Positions 39,701 through 47,680 of a stretch of 64,000 bases of DNA are shown here, in pieces. The stretch lies in NCBI GenBank assembly GCA_025677605.1, contig GCA_025677605.1_4110.1; one strand, given 5' to 3'. The notes beneath the pieces were generated by a model. It saw only the letters and a program-made list of their open reading frames with translations, ran no database searches and had not been told where the DNA came from. The first letter of the stretch is position 1. Every line of letters begins with the position of its first letter. Position numbers and translations under genes: made by a program. This DNA is from a phage.

Positions 39701-40800
39701 AATCTGAAAAATACTTCTTCCCAATTTCAGAAATTAAAACAATTACTGAAATCAAAGTTCACGATGAAGGTTTGAAAGATGGTGATAAGGTTATGATTTT
39801 CACGCCAGATGGTGAAGATTATGTACGATTCCAAGACGGTAACTGGGTAACTATATTAAGTGCTAGTAAAATCCAATCCTCTAAAAAACCAAAACTATAC
39901 ACAGTACGTGTATTGGGTAATGGTAACGTAGAGTTGGTTGATAGTAATGGTGTAGTGTTAATGTTTGATAGTATAACTAAGCGTGAAAGTAATGAGCGTT
40001 TTTATACATTATCAATGAACTTAGTTAGAATCCGCACTTTCCAAGACCCTGAGTTTGATGACAATGGACTTAAACTATATGAAAATAATCGTCATTACAG
40101 TATACATGCATTGAACTATGAAGTATTCTATGACGAAACATTATATGGTGGTAAATTCAATGATGGTATCACACCTGATGAAATTGATTTGTGGTTAGTT
40201 TCCAATGAGATTTTTGAAGTTGATGGTATTACAATTGATAATGGTTACAATCAGCCAATCTCTGGTAAAGGTGTCCTGGGTGAACTAGTACGAGCTAAAA
40301 TGACTGATGGTATTGAAATCACTGTATTTGAATACGATGTTGATGTTATTCAACCAGTACTAAGTTATGATCGCGTGTGGCAGTATGCACAACCTGTGGT
40401 CAATAACACGTTCATCAAAGAAGTAGGATGTAGTGTAATTAACATTACAACCGTTGAAGATGAGGCAATCACTTATGTTGCTAAACCTCGTTCAATAAGC
40501 CCATATATCATTACTGATTCAGTACTGTCAGGTGCTGCGGCACAGAATGATGATATTATTGTGGTTGGATATGAGAAGGTTCAGGTAAGAAACACTGACC
40601 GTCTATTACGTGGTGTCATGTATAGTGCGGAACATAATTTTACTAAAGGAACGTCTTATAGCTTTAATGGATTGAACTTGGGGAGCATTGATAAGTTTAC
40701 TCAATATCAAAACTTCTATCCACCAATTCCATTAGATACATTCAGAAATGGATTGTCAATTACTGGAACTGATATCGAAAATCTATTGAATATTCAATAA
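30793..40800 (+). CDS. Giant virion protein (3335 aa), in the gp7 (baseplate wedge) position
   Basis: Uninterrupted 10,008-nt ORF with RBS (GGAG) upstream; follows gp6-like gene where T4 has gp7 (1032 aa); no motifs recognised by eye. Confidence 0.6.
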   Translation: MNERIYGVLYMTNNFKFLPTKTAEAVQQKLFIKRLPEWMQGLEDIQKVSDDVIQQWFNPADNEIVDGYIGDMGSPAASAKIFLDEATVERQLYQLSTAYVSRNDDTSIRSLQFYDDLVGYMEHYGTLTSNESRLFSGKFYSWTPPINPNKMTNYSSYLWDSKNSYGITTPDFIVMERGADNGNTWSLQNFWYTIGQTLEDGTVLTADMTQDTRFIRAQAPIIEYNKNIELINYGTHFRGVVDLFSDTIKPEDIVQKDVNDGIRIDGIIPQDGMRILFTSIGNVGENNRIYKVFIKKMQDGSRTYGLALDPDEETDDRPSGEPHNGDVILVRDGNVYKNTSMYWNGVNWIRAQTKSGVNVFPQFQLYDRDGVKLNDSTIYPSSNFVGSSLFGFKINYNYGTDKVYGYNIELGNYNYYMYENFLQSVRYTYDHLGVETEISGLYYYNVVGKDNELHLKTDWVRSKEDSKQFVKQTPQIEHTDMYRVFNTVFEMENFKNPLEGMYAYVTEVDRTYQYYKEERQTYMDWHVISGEGIQSERFNRTFELAQKIIDGKSTEIIEIQVDGVDVTDYTRHVYNNKVQSITLGEDVALKDESVIQIRTYSSTEVPNKELGAYEIPINLQNNPYNDNILYINQSNFTLHFKDIIQKNITSGSVDDFNDYEDRLSKGLVDNSVGTKIIQNEASMLPLMAHSANEDIDLFESVLFMQSEYFRFVNKFNTQMIRLYNENPANFLANNASNIVDEILTIINMGHDNTFPFYYDNVASTSGFIRAFVPPTPQFLGILKAHVPEKATFLNAGSKQSCYNISHTGAITKAYRVINGVDKMDDVIYELENRIFNSIDVIFKDEDYQPKLDASDLFPTPYYRDTEYNDEEKKNLLLRGYINFIATNGISNSSHDYDPNNWMTWNYTGTHYMVNGQQTQIAARGSWRAIYTDQFGTYRPATHPWEMFGFSQRPVWWNQEYEPTAVQVGERDGDVVYVYEALVINEQGNMVPSGLWDVGNEKGDSSTGTILFGARKGQYDKYKRFGTQPFKITKTGKQTASGVDICVIEYIAPEVLGLVYGSLNHRAEPWTYGDMGDMEFTYMNTAMFAYDELLMLFKAKPAQFTNYFWDTRNNTLKTVSGNEPQFLYGDTRLRLNFNSDTIVHGENSTRVIGYQMIVSDYLMYQNKNITTKYGEIVRSSHINVGHKLGGFTKADQLTFTSEATGLISQENQSIGLVRSNNIRNEQMSAIKITWTGSAYQIDGYDLVSATFNYKLPVKNGHKVSLKVDNRNVVHYNEWKNDASIPYGTLMNTFQEVYTFICGYGEYLKQHGWIFEEVDESGIQQDWNTIAKDFLIWSQQQLSTGEFISCTPSAINAKFGTDFGSVQSIAQNSGGVWSLLDDSNQGIRQFEIETSRIGNIFTVRTTEESNKRMALIRLSISSYEHAVIFDDQTIFGDYIYEPTYGAVQELIKLYGYITGSWSGRLQAPGFIILEAGTLPSFETLVSNFQHYYDNETPVSDVQLNELSNHLIGYQSRDYLQRMITNEPGRIDFYKGFIHDKGTNQVLEKVLRVSKSYNTDEYKALQEWAFRVGSYGNIDGVKNLQFKLINNEFKQQPQMITFDRYSDKVESENEIVYYGEIGEDSRWISRPKGKFSFPMRNGRSENIQLPNIGPVTLDEIDYTTLNYETANQDRISYMNNSGKIPTSVWMFQDINNEWNVYDLVDTGITMVSITPIESEDPYAEQYCKVLLSDDIPLNDGDYYYFVDETNFMPDALRDECQYYTSGLDPKVMVVPFDTSITIDFSTVESAPRLYRYVSRFSTQQERDEYIAKKYSYSAPESTLFDRPTTYDERTNITALYLNVFDPINGVIPGVAMQDVDFISPVDPAQYSSNGELLQAWGAEKVGKVWWNTSTAFYLDYTRPIFDEDGNVDVKATNEYKRYNWGKLLPHSVIDVLEWVSSPVEPYNWEKYCAEQANKNKNNTMYLPSGIAMDENYSSSMEYDPITDTYVVRYYFWVRNTIYVPPMTTRSKSCTDIARIIQDPTQLNVPWFAPINENSFILSNMQFEVNDDTSILTISYRNDNIEVLKHDQYQLCKEGDSYDFNPDIWNSLWNSLIGQETTSTGVVNEIIYPKVETGLGSNKTWFQNVIEARRAFVESANNFYRSQNITTNSVVMNDVFNVKTLKMNPNDITFRVLSFNNELVIAPEDNRFKENDAVFVSSIGTLPAPLSSSSVYFVHIDPNGYIQLMNSPSTVGSTVTITLENRGEGQHKMIKQADFIESLGTSLDMTQYWNLADWYDTGYDSNTEYTQEVSLDDANTKNYQIGDIIRVTDSDGVWTLYIKTASRNNIYWKAIGRENSTVELNSMLYSGYNVYNDDGSLNSHEVNVRNALALLKNSFNLYQSNIVFDMVKYVHTEQSVVDWVFKTSYIYIVGLEQSLVQNYSNDNLINQIVEYFEEVKPYRTKIRSQIEQKTSDDDLINGISNDLDPDGYILVDGVWVKTEKDIWDLEYAQFNDVTQRWEKIGSLPSDFITPNRRFQEIDVIMHYDNIQCDPYDSNYTIDELKSTNSKYQSNASDIGNDYELQRYVYTFPEYDNNTLISQIGIEMTTKYSDLDISNGVIKGIDAWYKAHSTDIAMTDQFTADLEQVTADTNNSNILEDVKKYIQYNTLATRVKMFKNISDDMVSNEIGCPFKGTNYNDNPNTRLPFGFSASSDYNYGYFEISIELYEKYVDMIKKNHPEFTNEDQVRNILEIEYGVYCYKYDTTLNDRYYSDTVHVLSAMRQTFNKNILDHYYVAREILSNRAVDKYAFVMMPRKYVYVVNAAGEYLPIPESYSISDFMEDLFITTGESVVLAEIDLNDLPQDQNNPMYSAYVEVLESINTAKYFNDMNAFDNLALESQTKSIKWEVKDSEIDPYIIDISELNPSGRTMAQLRFTVDGYGFDEVAQEQLKDTSRFQIEGMIVQNPYNMSEAVVSIPSYDIVIENMGKDVFKESEKYFFPISEIKTITEIKVHDEGLKDGDKVMIFTPDGEDYVRFQDGNWVTILSASKIQSSKKPKLYTVRVLGNGNVELVDSNGVVLMFDSITKRESNERFYTLSMNLVRIRTFQDPEFDDNGLKLYENNRHYSIHALNYEVFYDETLYGGKFNDGITPDEIDLWLVSNEIFEVDGITIDNGYNQPISGKGVLGELVRAKMTDGIEITVFEYDVDVIQPVLSYDRVWQYAQPVVNNTFIKEVGCSVINITTVEDEAITYVAKPRSISPYIITDSVLSGAAAQNDDIIVVGYEKVQVRNTDRLLRGVMYSAEHNFTKGTSYSFNGLNLGSIDKFTQYQNFYPPIPLDTFRNGLSITGTDIENLLNIQ

Positions 40801-40801
40801 C

Positions 40802-40836
40802 AAAAAAGGAGAGCCAATGGCTCTCCTTTTCTTTTT
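40802..40836. terminator. Bidirectional terminator between the convergent giant gene and clpA-like gene
   Basis: AAAAAA-GGAGAGCC-aat-GGCTCTCC-TTTTCTTTTT. Confidence 0.6.
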
Positions 40837-43120
40837 ACACTACAGATGGGGTTTTAACTTGACGTTTTGGTTTGATACCCAACTTTCCGTTAATCACATC
40901 AAATGTTACGTTACCACCATTTACCAGTGAACCGCATAGCATTTCTTTAGCCAGAGGAACACGGATGTTCTGCTCGATTGTACGTTTCATTGGACGTGCA
41001 CCCATTCCAGGCTGAACACCATTTGCTTCTAACCATTCACGAGCCGCTTTAGTCAGTGTTACTTTCACGCCACGCTCTTTGATTTGCTCATTTAGACCAG
41101 CCATGAACTTATCAATAACGCTCTGGATAGCTTCACTGGATAGCTCATTAAACTTCACGATGCTATCGATACGGTTTAGGAATTCAGGTGGTAGGAAAGC
41201 TTTCACTGCCTTCTCCTGTGCTGTTTCACCACCACTCAAACCCAGACTACGTTTATTTGCATCTGCTGCACCCAAGTTGGTTGTCATAATAACTGTTACG
41301 TTGTTAAAGTATACAGTTTTACCCTGTGAACCAGTTAGGTGACCTTCATCCAGAACCTGTAGGAAGGTTAGCAGTACTTTAGGGTGTGCTTTTTCAATTT
41401 CGTCCAGCAGTAGAACTGCATTCGGGAATTGCTCAATTTTGTCGAGTAGCAGACCATTACCAGTATCGTGACCAACATAGCCAGGAGGTGAACCAATTAG
41501 TTTTGCAACGGTATGTTCTTGTGAAAATTCAGACATATCGAAGCGAATCAGTTCAGAACCCATTGCATCGGCTAGTGCTTTAGTGATTTCAGTTTTACCA
41601 GTACCAGACGGACCGACAAACATGAATGCACCCTGAACACTTGCTTTCTCACGAAGTCCTGCACGTGCAACCATTACGTTATCAACCAATTTCTCCACTG
41701 CTTCTTCTTGACCGAATACACGACTACGAAGTGCTGCTGGTAGTGACTTCATACGTTCAGTTTCAGTACAAGCTACTACGTTGATATCCAAGTTTGCAAT
41801 TCCCGCAACAACTTCTTGAATTGTGCGTAGTGAAATCACATTATCAGATTCATCGCGTGAACGTTTCTTAGCTGCTGCTGCATCCATAATGTCGATTGCT
41901 TTGTCTGGGAAGTGTTTGTTCTTCAGGAACTTATCACTCAAAGACACAATCGCATCCATTGCTTCAGTACTGAAAGTTACGTTATGGAATTTCTCATATG
42001 TACCTTGCAGACCATTTACAATCGCACGAGTTTCTTCAATAGTTGGCTCAACTACGTCAATTTTCATGAAACGACGAGTCAATGCACTATCTTTCTCGAT
42101 GTTTTTACGATATTCATCATAAGTAGTTGCACCGATTACACGAATCTCACCACGAGATAGTGCTGGTTTCAACATGTTACTCATATCCATTGAACCGTTG
42201 CTTGCAGAACCTGCACCTACCATGATATGGATTTCGTCAATGAACACGATTGTATTTTCACGTTTCTTCAGTTCTTTGAGAAGATTATCAATACGTTCTT
42301 CGAATTCACCACGATACTTAGTACCAGCGGTTAGTGCACCAACGTTAAGAGATAAAATCTCAATGTTTTGTAGATGTTCTGGTACATTACCATCAACAAT
42401 GGCTTGTGCTAGACCGTCAACAATCTGAGTTTTACCAACACCAGCTTCACCAGTAAGAATAGCATTCTTCTTAGTTTTACGAGCCAGAGTTTCAATTAGT
42501 GCATCCAGTTCTTTTTGACGACCAATCATTGGGTCCAGTTTACCATCTTTAGCCAACTGTGTTAGGTTGGTCGTGTAATCTTCGATTGATTTCTGTTTTG
42601 ATGCAGGTTGTTGTTGAGCCACCTTTTTCTCCCCAGTAGGTTCATCAGCGATGCTTTGTAGGTTAATTTCAGAATCAAGAGATTCTACATATTTCTGAAG
42701 AGTGCGGGCCGCTTCAGTACGAGTTACACCCTCTTCCAACAATGCTGCTTCTAATGCAGTGTTTGGGAATGACAAACATTCAAACAGTACAAAGAATGCA
42801 TCAATTGAGAAATCGTCACGTTTGAGTTGTTCGATGACAGATTTCTTAGATAGTTCTTGCATTACACGATTGACGATTAGTGTAGTGCGATTAACTTCTT
42901 CCCCCATAGTGCTGCGTGGTGCGTGTGGAACATTGGTATTTTTCAGATATTCAATCAAGCGGTCACGCACTTTCGTTGCGTCAACGTTCATTGTACCAAA
43001 TACATCAATAATGCTATCCACTGTCAGTACTGTAGCACTGATGTGATCGATTGTCAAGAAAGTATGACCCATAGAGGTTGCAAGGTCGTCGCTGCTTTTG
43101 AATAGCTGTGTTAAATTCAT
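40835..43120 (-). CDS. clpA: ClpA-like two-ring AAA+ unfoldase (Clp/Hsp100 family)
   Basis: Walker A GEAGVGKT (D1) and GPSGTGKT (D2); Walker B IVFIDEIH and LLLDEIEKAH; RFDMSEFSQEHTVAKLIGSPPGYVGHD matches ClpA [27 protein letters not shown]; N-terminal Clp-N-like repeats; GARPMKR sensor; 761 aa, no ClpB-type middle domain. Confidence 0.85.
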   Translation of the reverse strand: MNLTQLFKSSDDLATSMGHTFLTIDHISATVLTVDSIIDVFGTMNVDATKVRDRLIEYLKNTNVPHAPRSTMGEEVNRTTLIVNRVMQELSKKSVIEQLKRDDFSIDAFFVLFECLSFPNTALEAALLEEGVTRTEAARTLQKYVESLDSEINLQSIADEPTGEKKVAQQQPASKQKSIEDYTTNLTQLAKDGKLDPMIGRQKELDALIETLARKTKKNAILTGEAGVGKTQIVDGLAQAIVDGNVPEHLQNIEILSLNVGALTAGTKYRGEFEERIDNLLKELKKRENTIVFIDEIHIMVGAGSASNGSMDMSNMLKPALSRGEIRVIGATTYDEYRKNIEKDSALTRRFMKIDVVEPTIEETRAIVNGLQGTYEKFHNVTFSTEAMDAIVSLSDKFLKNKHFPDKAIDIMDAAAAKKRSRDESDNVISLRTIQEVVAGIANLDINVVACTETERMKSLPAALRSRVFGQEEAVEKLVDNVMVARAGLREKASVQGAFMFVGPSGTGKTEITKALADAMGSELIRFDMSEFSQEHTVAKLIGSPPGYVGHDTGNGLLLDKIEQFPNAVLLLDEIEKAHPKVLLTFLQVLDEGHLTGSQGKTVYFNNVTVIMTTNLGAADANKRSLGLSGGETAQEKAVKAFLPPEFLNRIDSIVKFNELSSEAIQSVIDKFMAGLNEQIKERGVKVTLTKAAREWLEANGVQPGMGARPMKRTIEQNIRVPLAKEMLCGSLVNGGNVTFDVINGKLGIKPKRQVKTPSVV

Positions 43121-43160
43121 GTTCTCTCCTATGTGATTCTTCTCACTGTCATTAAAATCA

Positions 43161-43188
43161 TTATATCACATTCTTTCAGTTTGTCTAC
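43161..43188 (-). promoter_or_regulatory. sigma70-like promoter with extended -10 for clpA-like gene
   Basis: Minus strand: TAGACA-16-TGaTATAAT about 35 nt upstream of the start codon; GGAGAGAA RBS. Confidence 0.55.
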
Positions 43189-43216
43189 CTAGTAAATACA
43201 GATATACCGATTTATT

Positions 43217-44725
43217 TTGGAGAACAAAATGGCATACAGAATGTGGAAAAAAGGTAGAACCAATGATTATAAATTCATAGATTCTGCCATTGCTGAACAA
43301 TACAATATTGGTGGCGTAGACATGTGGCTTTATGCCTTTGTCGGTGCTAAACCATCAACAACTCCTAACGACTATTCTTACGGTGGTGATTATATCACTG
43401 ATGGTTCCGCTGCGTCAAGTATTGGTGACCTAATTTTTGGTGAAACCTCAAATCGTAGTTACAATCTAGAGGCTATCACACTTAGTTGTGTTTATCAAGT
43501 ACAAGAAGCAACACCTGATTTAAAAATTCCTGGGTTGTTCTTTAACTTCAACACAATGGACATTACAGTTCATTATAACACAATGATGCAGCGATTGGGA
43601 AGAAAAATTATGCCTGGTGATGTAATTGAACTTCCAAACCTTCGTGATTTCGATGTTGTTGGTAAAGATTCAGGTTTAAACCGTTTTTACGTAGTTCAGG
43701 ACGGATTTAGAACATCTGAAGGTTACTCTGCAACATGGCAACATCACATTTACAAAATTCGTGTCAAACCTATTACCGATTCACCTGAGTACGCGGACTT
43801 ACTTACTAATAATGATTATCCAGACAACCCAGATGACCCAAATAATGGTAATGGTAACAGTGGTTCCAATGGTTCTTCACCAAACAGCAGTTATGATAAC
43901 GAAATGGATATCATGAACCGTATTATAATGCAAGCTGATGATGAAGTCCCTTATATCCACTTCACAAATGAACATATATACGATGATAGACTAGATACAA
44001 CCGATTTGTCAAAGTTTGTTCTTAATGGATATGACTTCCCAGAAGAACCAGCTAACAAAATGTACTTCTTGAAGAAAACTTTACCAGTACTGAAAGAGAA
44101 AGTCAACAATTCATGGGAAAATGTTTCAGTACCGTATGGAACAACGTTTCCACGTAAACCATCTGATGGTGATTTCTTCTATAAAGAGAATGATTCAGAT
44201 GTTACTGGATATTCCCTGTATCAATATGACAAATCTCTCAAAAAGTGGCTCAATTGTGACGTTGAATACTCAACTGGTGACGTTCCACCTAATAATGCTG
44301 AGGATTTTTACATTCAATATGAAAAACCAACAATGTACCAGTACTTAGATGGTACATGGCAAGTTCCACCAGATACACATGTTAACTTACCTTTCAGTTC
44401 GAACAGCGTGTATGGTAACATAGACTCACAACAAGATTCAAGACCTAAAATTCCACCCGCTCGTGGTACTGTGCAAGAAGGAAATACTTTCCCATCTGAT
44501 CCAACTGATGGTGAATACTTCTATCGCACTGATTACAACCCTGTAACTCTTTGGGAATACAGTGAAGTTAAAAAGTCTTGGGTAATCTTTGATTATGGTG
44601 GACGTAAACCGTGGGAAGGTGCAGATTTAGCCCTAACCGAGTTCGTTAACAGTCCTAATCGTGTCCCATTACACGACGCGGCAAAACCAAACACTCTATA
44701 CCGTGCAAAAGGGGATAAAGAATGA
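43217..44725 (+). CDS. Baseplate wedge-like structural protein (tentatively gp8-like)
   Basis: 502 aa; GGVDMWLYAFVGAKP loosely resembles gp8 LGVTDMWTHMMGTVK (from memory, weak); internal repeats DGDFFYKEND / DGEYFYRTDYN. Confidence 0.3.
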   Translation: MENKMAYRMWKKGRTNDYKFIDSAIAEQYNIGGVDMWLYAFVGAKPSTTPNDYSYGGDYITDGSAASSIGDLIFGETSNRSYNLEAITLSCVYQVQEATPDLKIPGLFFNFNTMDITVHYNTMMQRLGRKIMPGDVIELPNLRDFDVVGKDSGLNRFYVVQDGFRTSEGYSATWQHHIYKIRVKPITDSPEYADLLTNNDYPDNPDDPNNGNGNSGSNGSSPNSSYDNEMDIMNRIIMQADDEVPYIHFTNEHIYDDRLDTTDLSKFVLNGYDFPEEPANKMYFLKKTLPVLKEKVNNSWENVSVPYGTTFPRKPSDGDFFYKENDSDVTGYSLYQYDKSLKKWLNCDVEYSTGDVPPNNAEDFYIQYEKPTMYQYLDGTWQVPPDTHVNLPFSSNSVYGNIDSQQDSRPKIPPARGTVQEGNTFPSDPTDGEYFYRTDYNPVTLWEYSEVKKSWVIFDYGGRKPWEGADLALTEFVNSPNRVPLHDAAKPNTLYRAKGDKE

Positions 44726-46065
44726 AAGTAGAATACTACTATGATGGTCAATTTCGTCGAGTACTGAAACATCTTATCAGGATTTTTGGTGGGTTTCAAG
44801 TACAAAATGGAGTTGATGACGAAGGTAAACCAAGATACAAGCAAGTTCCATGTAGATATGCAGATATTTCACGTTTGGCTGCTGCTGTTATCAATGGTAA
44901 CAGTGAGAACGTAATGCCTACTGCACCGATCATGACTATTAGTGTGAATCAATTGAAATTGGATCGTAAAAGTATTCGTTCAAATGCGAACGAAACTATT
45001 ATTATGGGGACAAATAAGTCCCCTGCACCAAATGAATTCACTCCTGAGTTGGATAAGCAGTATAAAATAACAAGACATAACCCTGTACCTTGGACATTTA
45101 CATTTGATTTAAACATATGGGTTACACAACTGCAAACAAAAATGGAATTATATGAGCAAATCAGTACATTGTTTGCTCCAAGTGTTCAATTGCAACTATC
45201 TGATAACCCATTAGACTGGACGGCACAAAGTGATGTGGAATTAATTGACTGTCAATTCAGTACTCGTGGATTTCCACAAGGAACTGATACTGAACTTGAT
45301 ATTATGGTTCTTACATTTGAAACAACTATATGGTTATCATTACCTGCTATCGTTGAAAAGCCAAAGCTTATACAACAGATAACAACTAATATAGAAAGTG
45401 GTCGTGATGAATTGGATTTTGAAATAGGAAACTATCAGGATATAATTACTGATGTATTCACTCCTAAAAATTTATGCATCAAAGTTGAAGAAATAACAGA
45501 AGCATCGGATAAAAACGCAGATACTTATGTCCTTACATTGGTAAGTCAAAGTATGAGTGAGAGAACATCCAACGGTGGTATATATTCTTGGGAGAAATAT
45601 ATTCAGTACTTAGAGCCTGAATACAAAGATAAGAAACTCGGTATTAAATTCCAACAAGCAATCGAAGAAAGTAATCCTTTGCGTGGAACTATAATATCAA
45701 TGGGACACGAAGATAAGGCAAACAAGATTGTTGTTCAATTGGATAGTAGTAATTATGTTGTCGATTACTCTATCATAGCGTTGATATCTAAAGATGCAGA
45801 ATTGTATTCAGCTATACCTGAACAATATTATGTAAATAATAGTGCAAGAGATTTAATTTACAAAGACACAGTTATTCCACCAAATTATTTGTTCAAAATA
45901 ACGAATGAAGGTGCTGAACTAATTGAACCGTCTTCAGTACTTAATTATGTTTACAATCGTCAAGATAGTCACTATTATAGATACAATGAAAAATTCAAAT
46001 GGCATAAGAGTATTATGTCGCAATACCGTCAGGGATATTGGAAGATATCATTCACTGACAAATAA
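44722..46065 (+). CDS. Virion structural protein (baseplate/tail-associated)
   Basis: 447-aa ORF translationally coupled to the upstream gene (ATGA overlap); no motif recognised. Confidence 0.35.
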   Translation: MKVEYYYDGQFRRVLKHLIRIFGGFQVQNGVDDEGKPRYKQVPCRYADISRLAAAVINGNSENVMPTAPIMTISVNQLKLDRKSIRSNANETIIMGTNKSPAPNEFTPELDKQYKITRHNPVPWTFTFDLNIWVTQLQTKMELYEQISTLFAPSVQLQLSDNPLDWTAQSDVELIDCQFSTRGFPQGTDTELDIMVLTFETTIWLSLPAIVEKPKLIQQITTNIESGRDELDFEIGNYQDIITDVFTPKNLCIKVEEITEASDKNADTYVLTLVSQSMSERTSNGGIYSWEKYIQYLEPEYKDKKLGIKFQQAIEESNPLRGTIISMGHEDKANKIVVQLDSSNYVVDYSIIALISKDAELYSAIPEQYYVNNSARDLIYKDTVIPPNYLFKITNEGAELIEPSSVLNYVYNRQDSHYYRYNEKFKWHKSIMSQYRQGYWKISFTDK

Positions 46066-46074
46066 GGAGGATGT

Positions 46075-46539
46075 ATGAATGAGGCAGTAGGAGCAATATT
46101 TTTATCTAAAAGTACTGGTCATATGATGCTCAATCTTAGATCTGAAAGCAGTACCTATTCAAACAACTGGGCTTTTGTTGGTGGAAAACTCGAATACAAC
46201 GAATCCCCTTTGCAAGCTTTGCATCGTGAAATACGAGAAGAATTGGGAGATTCGTTACCTGATATAATTGATATTATACCCTTTGATGTATTTTGTACTA
46301 AGAATGGTAAGTTCAAATATTATTCTTTCGTTGTTGTTGTTGAAAATGAGTTTGTTCCTATTCTCAATAAGGAAAGCTCTGGATATGCTTGGGTTAAAAT
46401 TGGCTCATGGCCTAAACCTCTTCACCCTGGAGCTAAAAATACATTATTAAATGTCAATTTGATGAAAGATTTTTATTCTTTATGGGAAAGTATAAACGCT
46501 GGTACACAATTTGTCAATAGTCTACCATATAGATATTAA
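46075..46539 (+). CDS. Nudix hydrolase
   Basis: Nudix box GGKLEYNESPLQALHREIREELG fits Gx5Ex7REUxEExGU. Confidence 0.8.
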   Translation: MNEAVGAIFLSKSTGHMMLNLRSESSTYSNNWAFVGGKLEYNESPLQALHREIREELGDSLPDIIDIIPFDVFCTKNGKFKYYSFVVVVENEFVPILNKESSGYAWVKIGSWPKPLHPGAKNTLLNVNLMKDFYSLWESINAGTQFVNSLPYRY

Positions 46540-46569
46540 AAAAAGGAGCCAATGGCTCCTTTTTCTTTT
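46538..46569. terminator. Bidirectional terminator between Nudix gene and minus-strand operon
   Basis: AAAAAAA-GGAGCC-aat-GGCTCC-TTTTTCTTTT. Confidence 0.55.
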
Positions 46570-46572
46570 GTA

Positions 46573-47670
46573 TTACACACCAATAATAGGAATACCAGTT
46601 ATATTAAGCAGTACTGAAGCCTGAAGCTTAACACTTTGACCAGTTCCTAAACCGGAAATTGAACCATCAACACGGAAACCTAAATGTTTATTAGTATTGA
46701 GTGAGTTGATAACCCATGCTTCATAATCAGTCTTCGTCATTCCACCTGGATTTGGAATTGTTGGGTCCACACCATTAACTACCATATTAACATCCCAAGT
46801 TGGTTGTGAACTGGTAATAACATCTTTAATAACTTCCAGACTTGTAATTCTACGTGGATCTGGAATCTCACTACATGGGATAGAACCAGGAACAAAAGCA
46901 CCTTCATTGTCAATATAGAATTGACCTTTAATGATAAATGTCTTGGAGTTGAATGGTAAAGAAACAACTTCACCAGTACTATCCTGTACTTCACGAATCA
47001 TAATCTTCAAATCATAGAAATAGTTACTTCCGAATTGGAAAACACCATTACCATTACTAAATGATGTCCAGTTGTCTGGATCTACCTTAGAACCACCACC
47101 TAAGTTGAAATATGCAAGTGTCTTAGTACTTTCAGTTTGGGTAAATTCAATATATTTTTTACCTAAATCATAGTTTATATCCAATAGTGATGAATATTCT
47201 TTGTTTTCAGGACGAGATGTTTGAATTTCACGCCATTCTTTGTTTTTCATCAAAACACGGAGTGAATCACCGTTATTTGTCAAAACCATACGACCCATAA
47301 CACTACTTTCGCCATCTGGGATGGTGTTGAAAATTGTGATCATTGGGATTGATGCCCAATCTGCTTCAGAAGCAGTATCTATTGGTTGACGAGCGTTATC
47401 TACTAGAGAAATAAGTAGTTCACCTATGTTACCAGTGTTTTTATACCAAATTTGTCCTTTAACACTACCACGTGGTGCAGATGGACCACTAAAATGCTCA
47501 ACTAAGTGTAGAAAGTTTTCGTTCCATGCTTGACCATAACCAACCTTATTACGCCCAACTAAGTTAATAGGAACTGGGTTAGTACCTGGTTGGTTAGGAC
47601 CAAGGATAACGTTGTTTGGAATGGAAGCATAAACGCTTCCATCACTGCGATATATAGTATAATTATTCAT
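46573..47670 (-). CDS. Baseplate / short tail-fibre-like protein
   Basis: 365 aa, beta-rich, last gene of a three-gene minus-strand late operon; N-terminal segment NLVGRNKVGYGQAWNENFLHLVEHF is of a type common in baseplate-attached fibre proteins (weak). Confidence 0.35.
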   Translation of the reverse strand: MNNYTIYRSDGSVYASIPNNVILGPNQPGTNPVPINLVGRNKVGYGQAWNENFLHLVEHFSGPSAPRGSVKGQIWYKNTGNIGELLISLVDNARQPIDTASEADWASIPMITIFNTIPDGESSVMGRMVLTNNGDSLRVLMKNKEWREIQTSRPENKEYSSLLDINYDLGKKYIEFTQTESTKTLAYFNLGGGSKVDPDNWTSFSNGNGVFQFGSNYFYDLKIMIREVQDSTGEVVSLPFNSKTFIIKGQFYIDNEGAFVPGSIPCSEIPDPRRITSLEVIKDVITSSQPTWDVNMVVNGVDPTIPNPGGMTKTDYEAWVINSLNTNKHLGFRVDGSISGLGTGQSVKLQASVLLNITGIPIIGV

Positions 47671-47680
47671 TTACCACTCC

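Noticed and set aside
41079-43105. Several plus-strand ORFs antisense to the clpA-like gene
   Set aside because: Nested within a gene that has unambiguous AAA+ motifs on the minus strand
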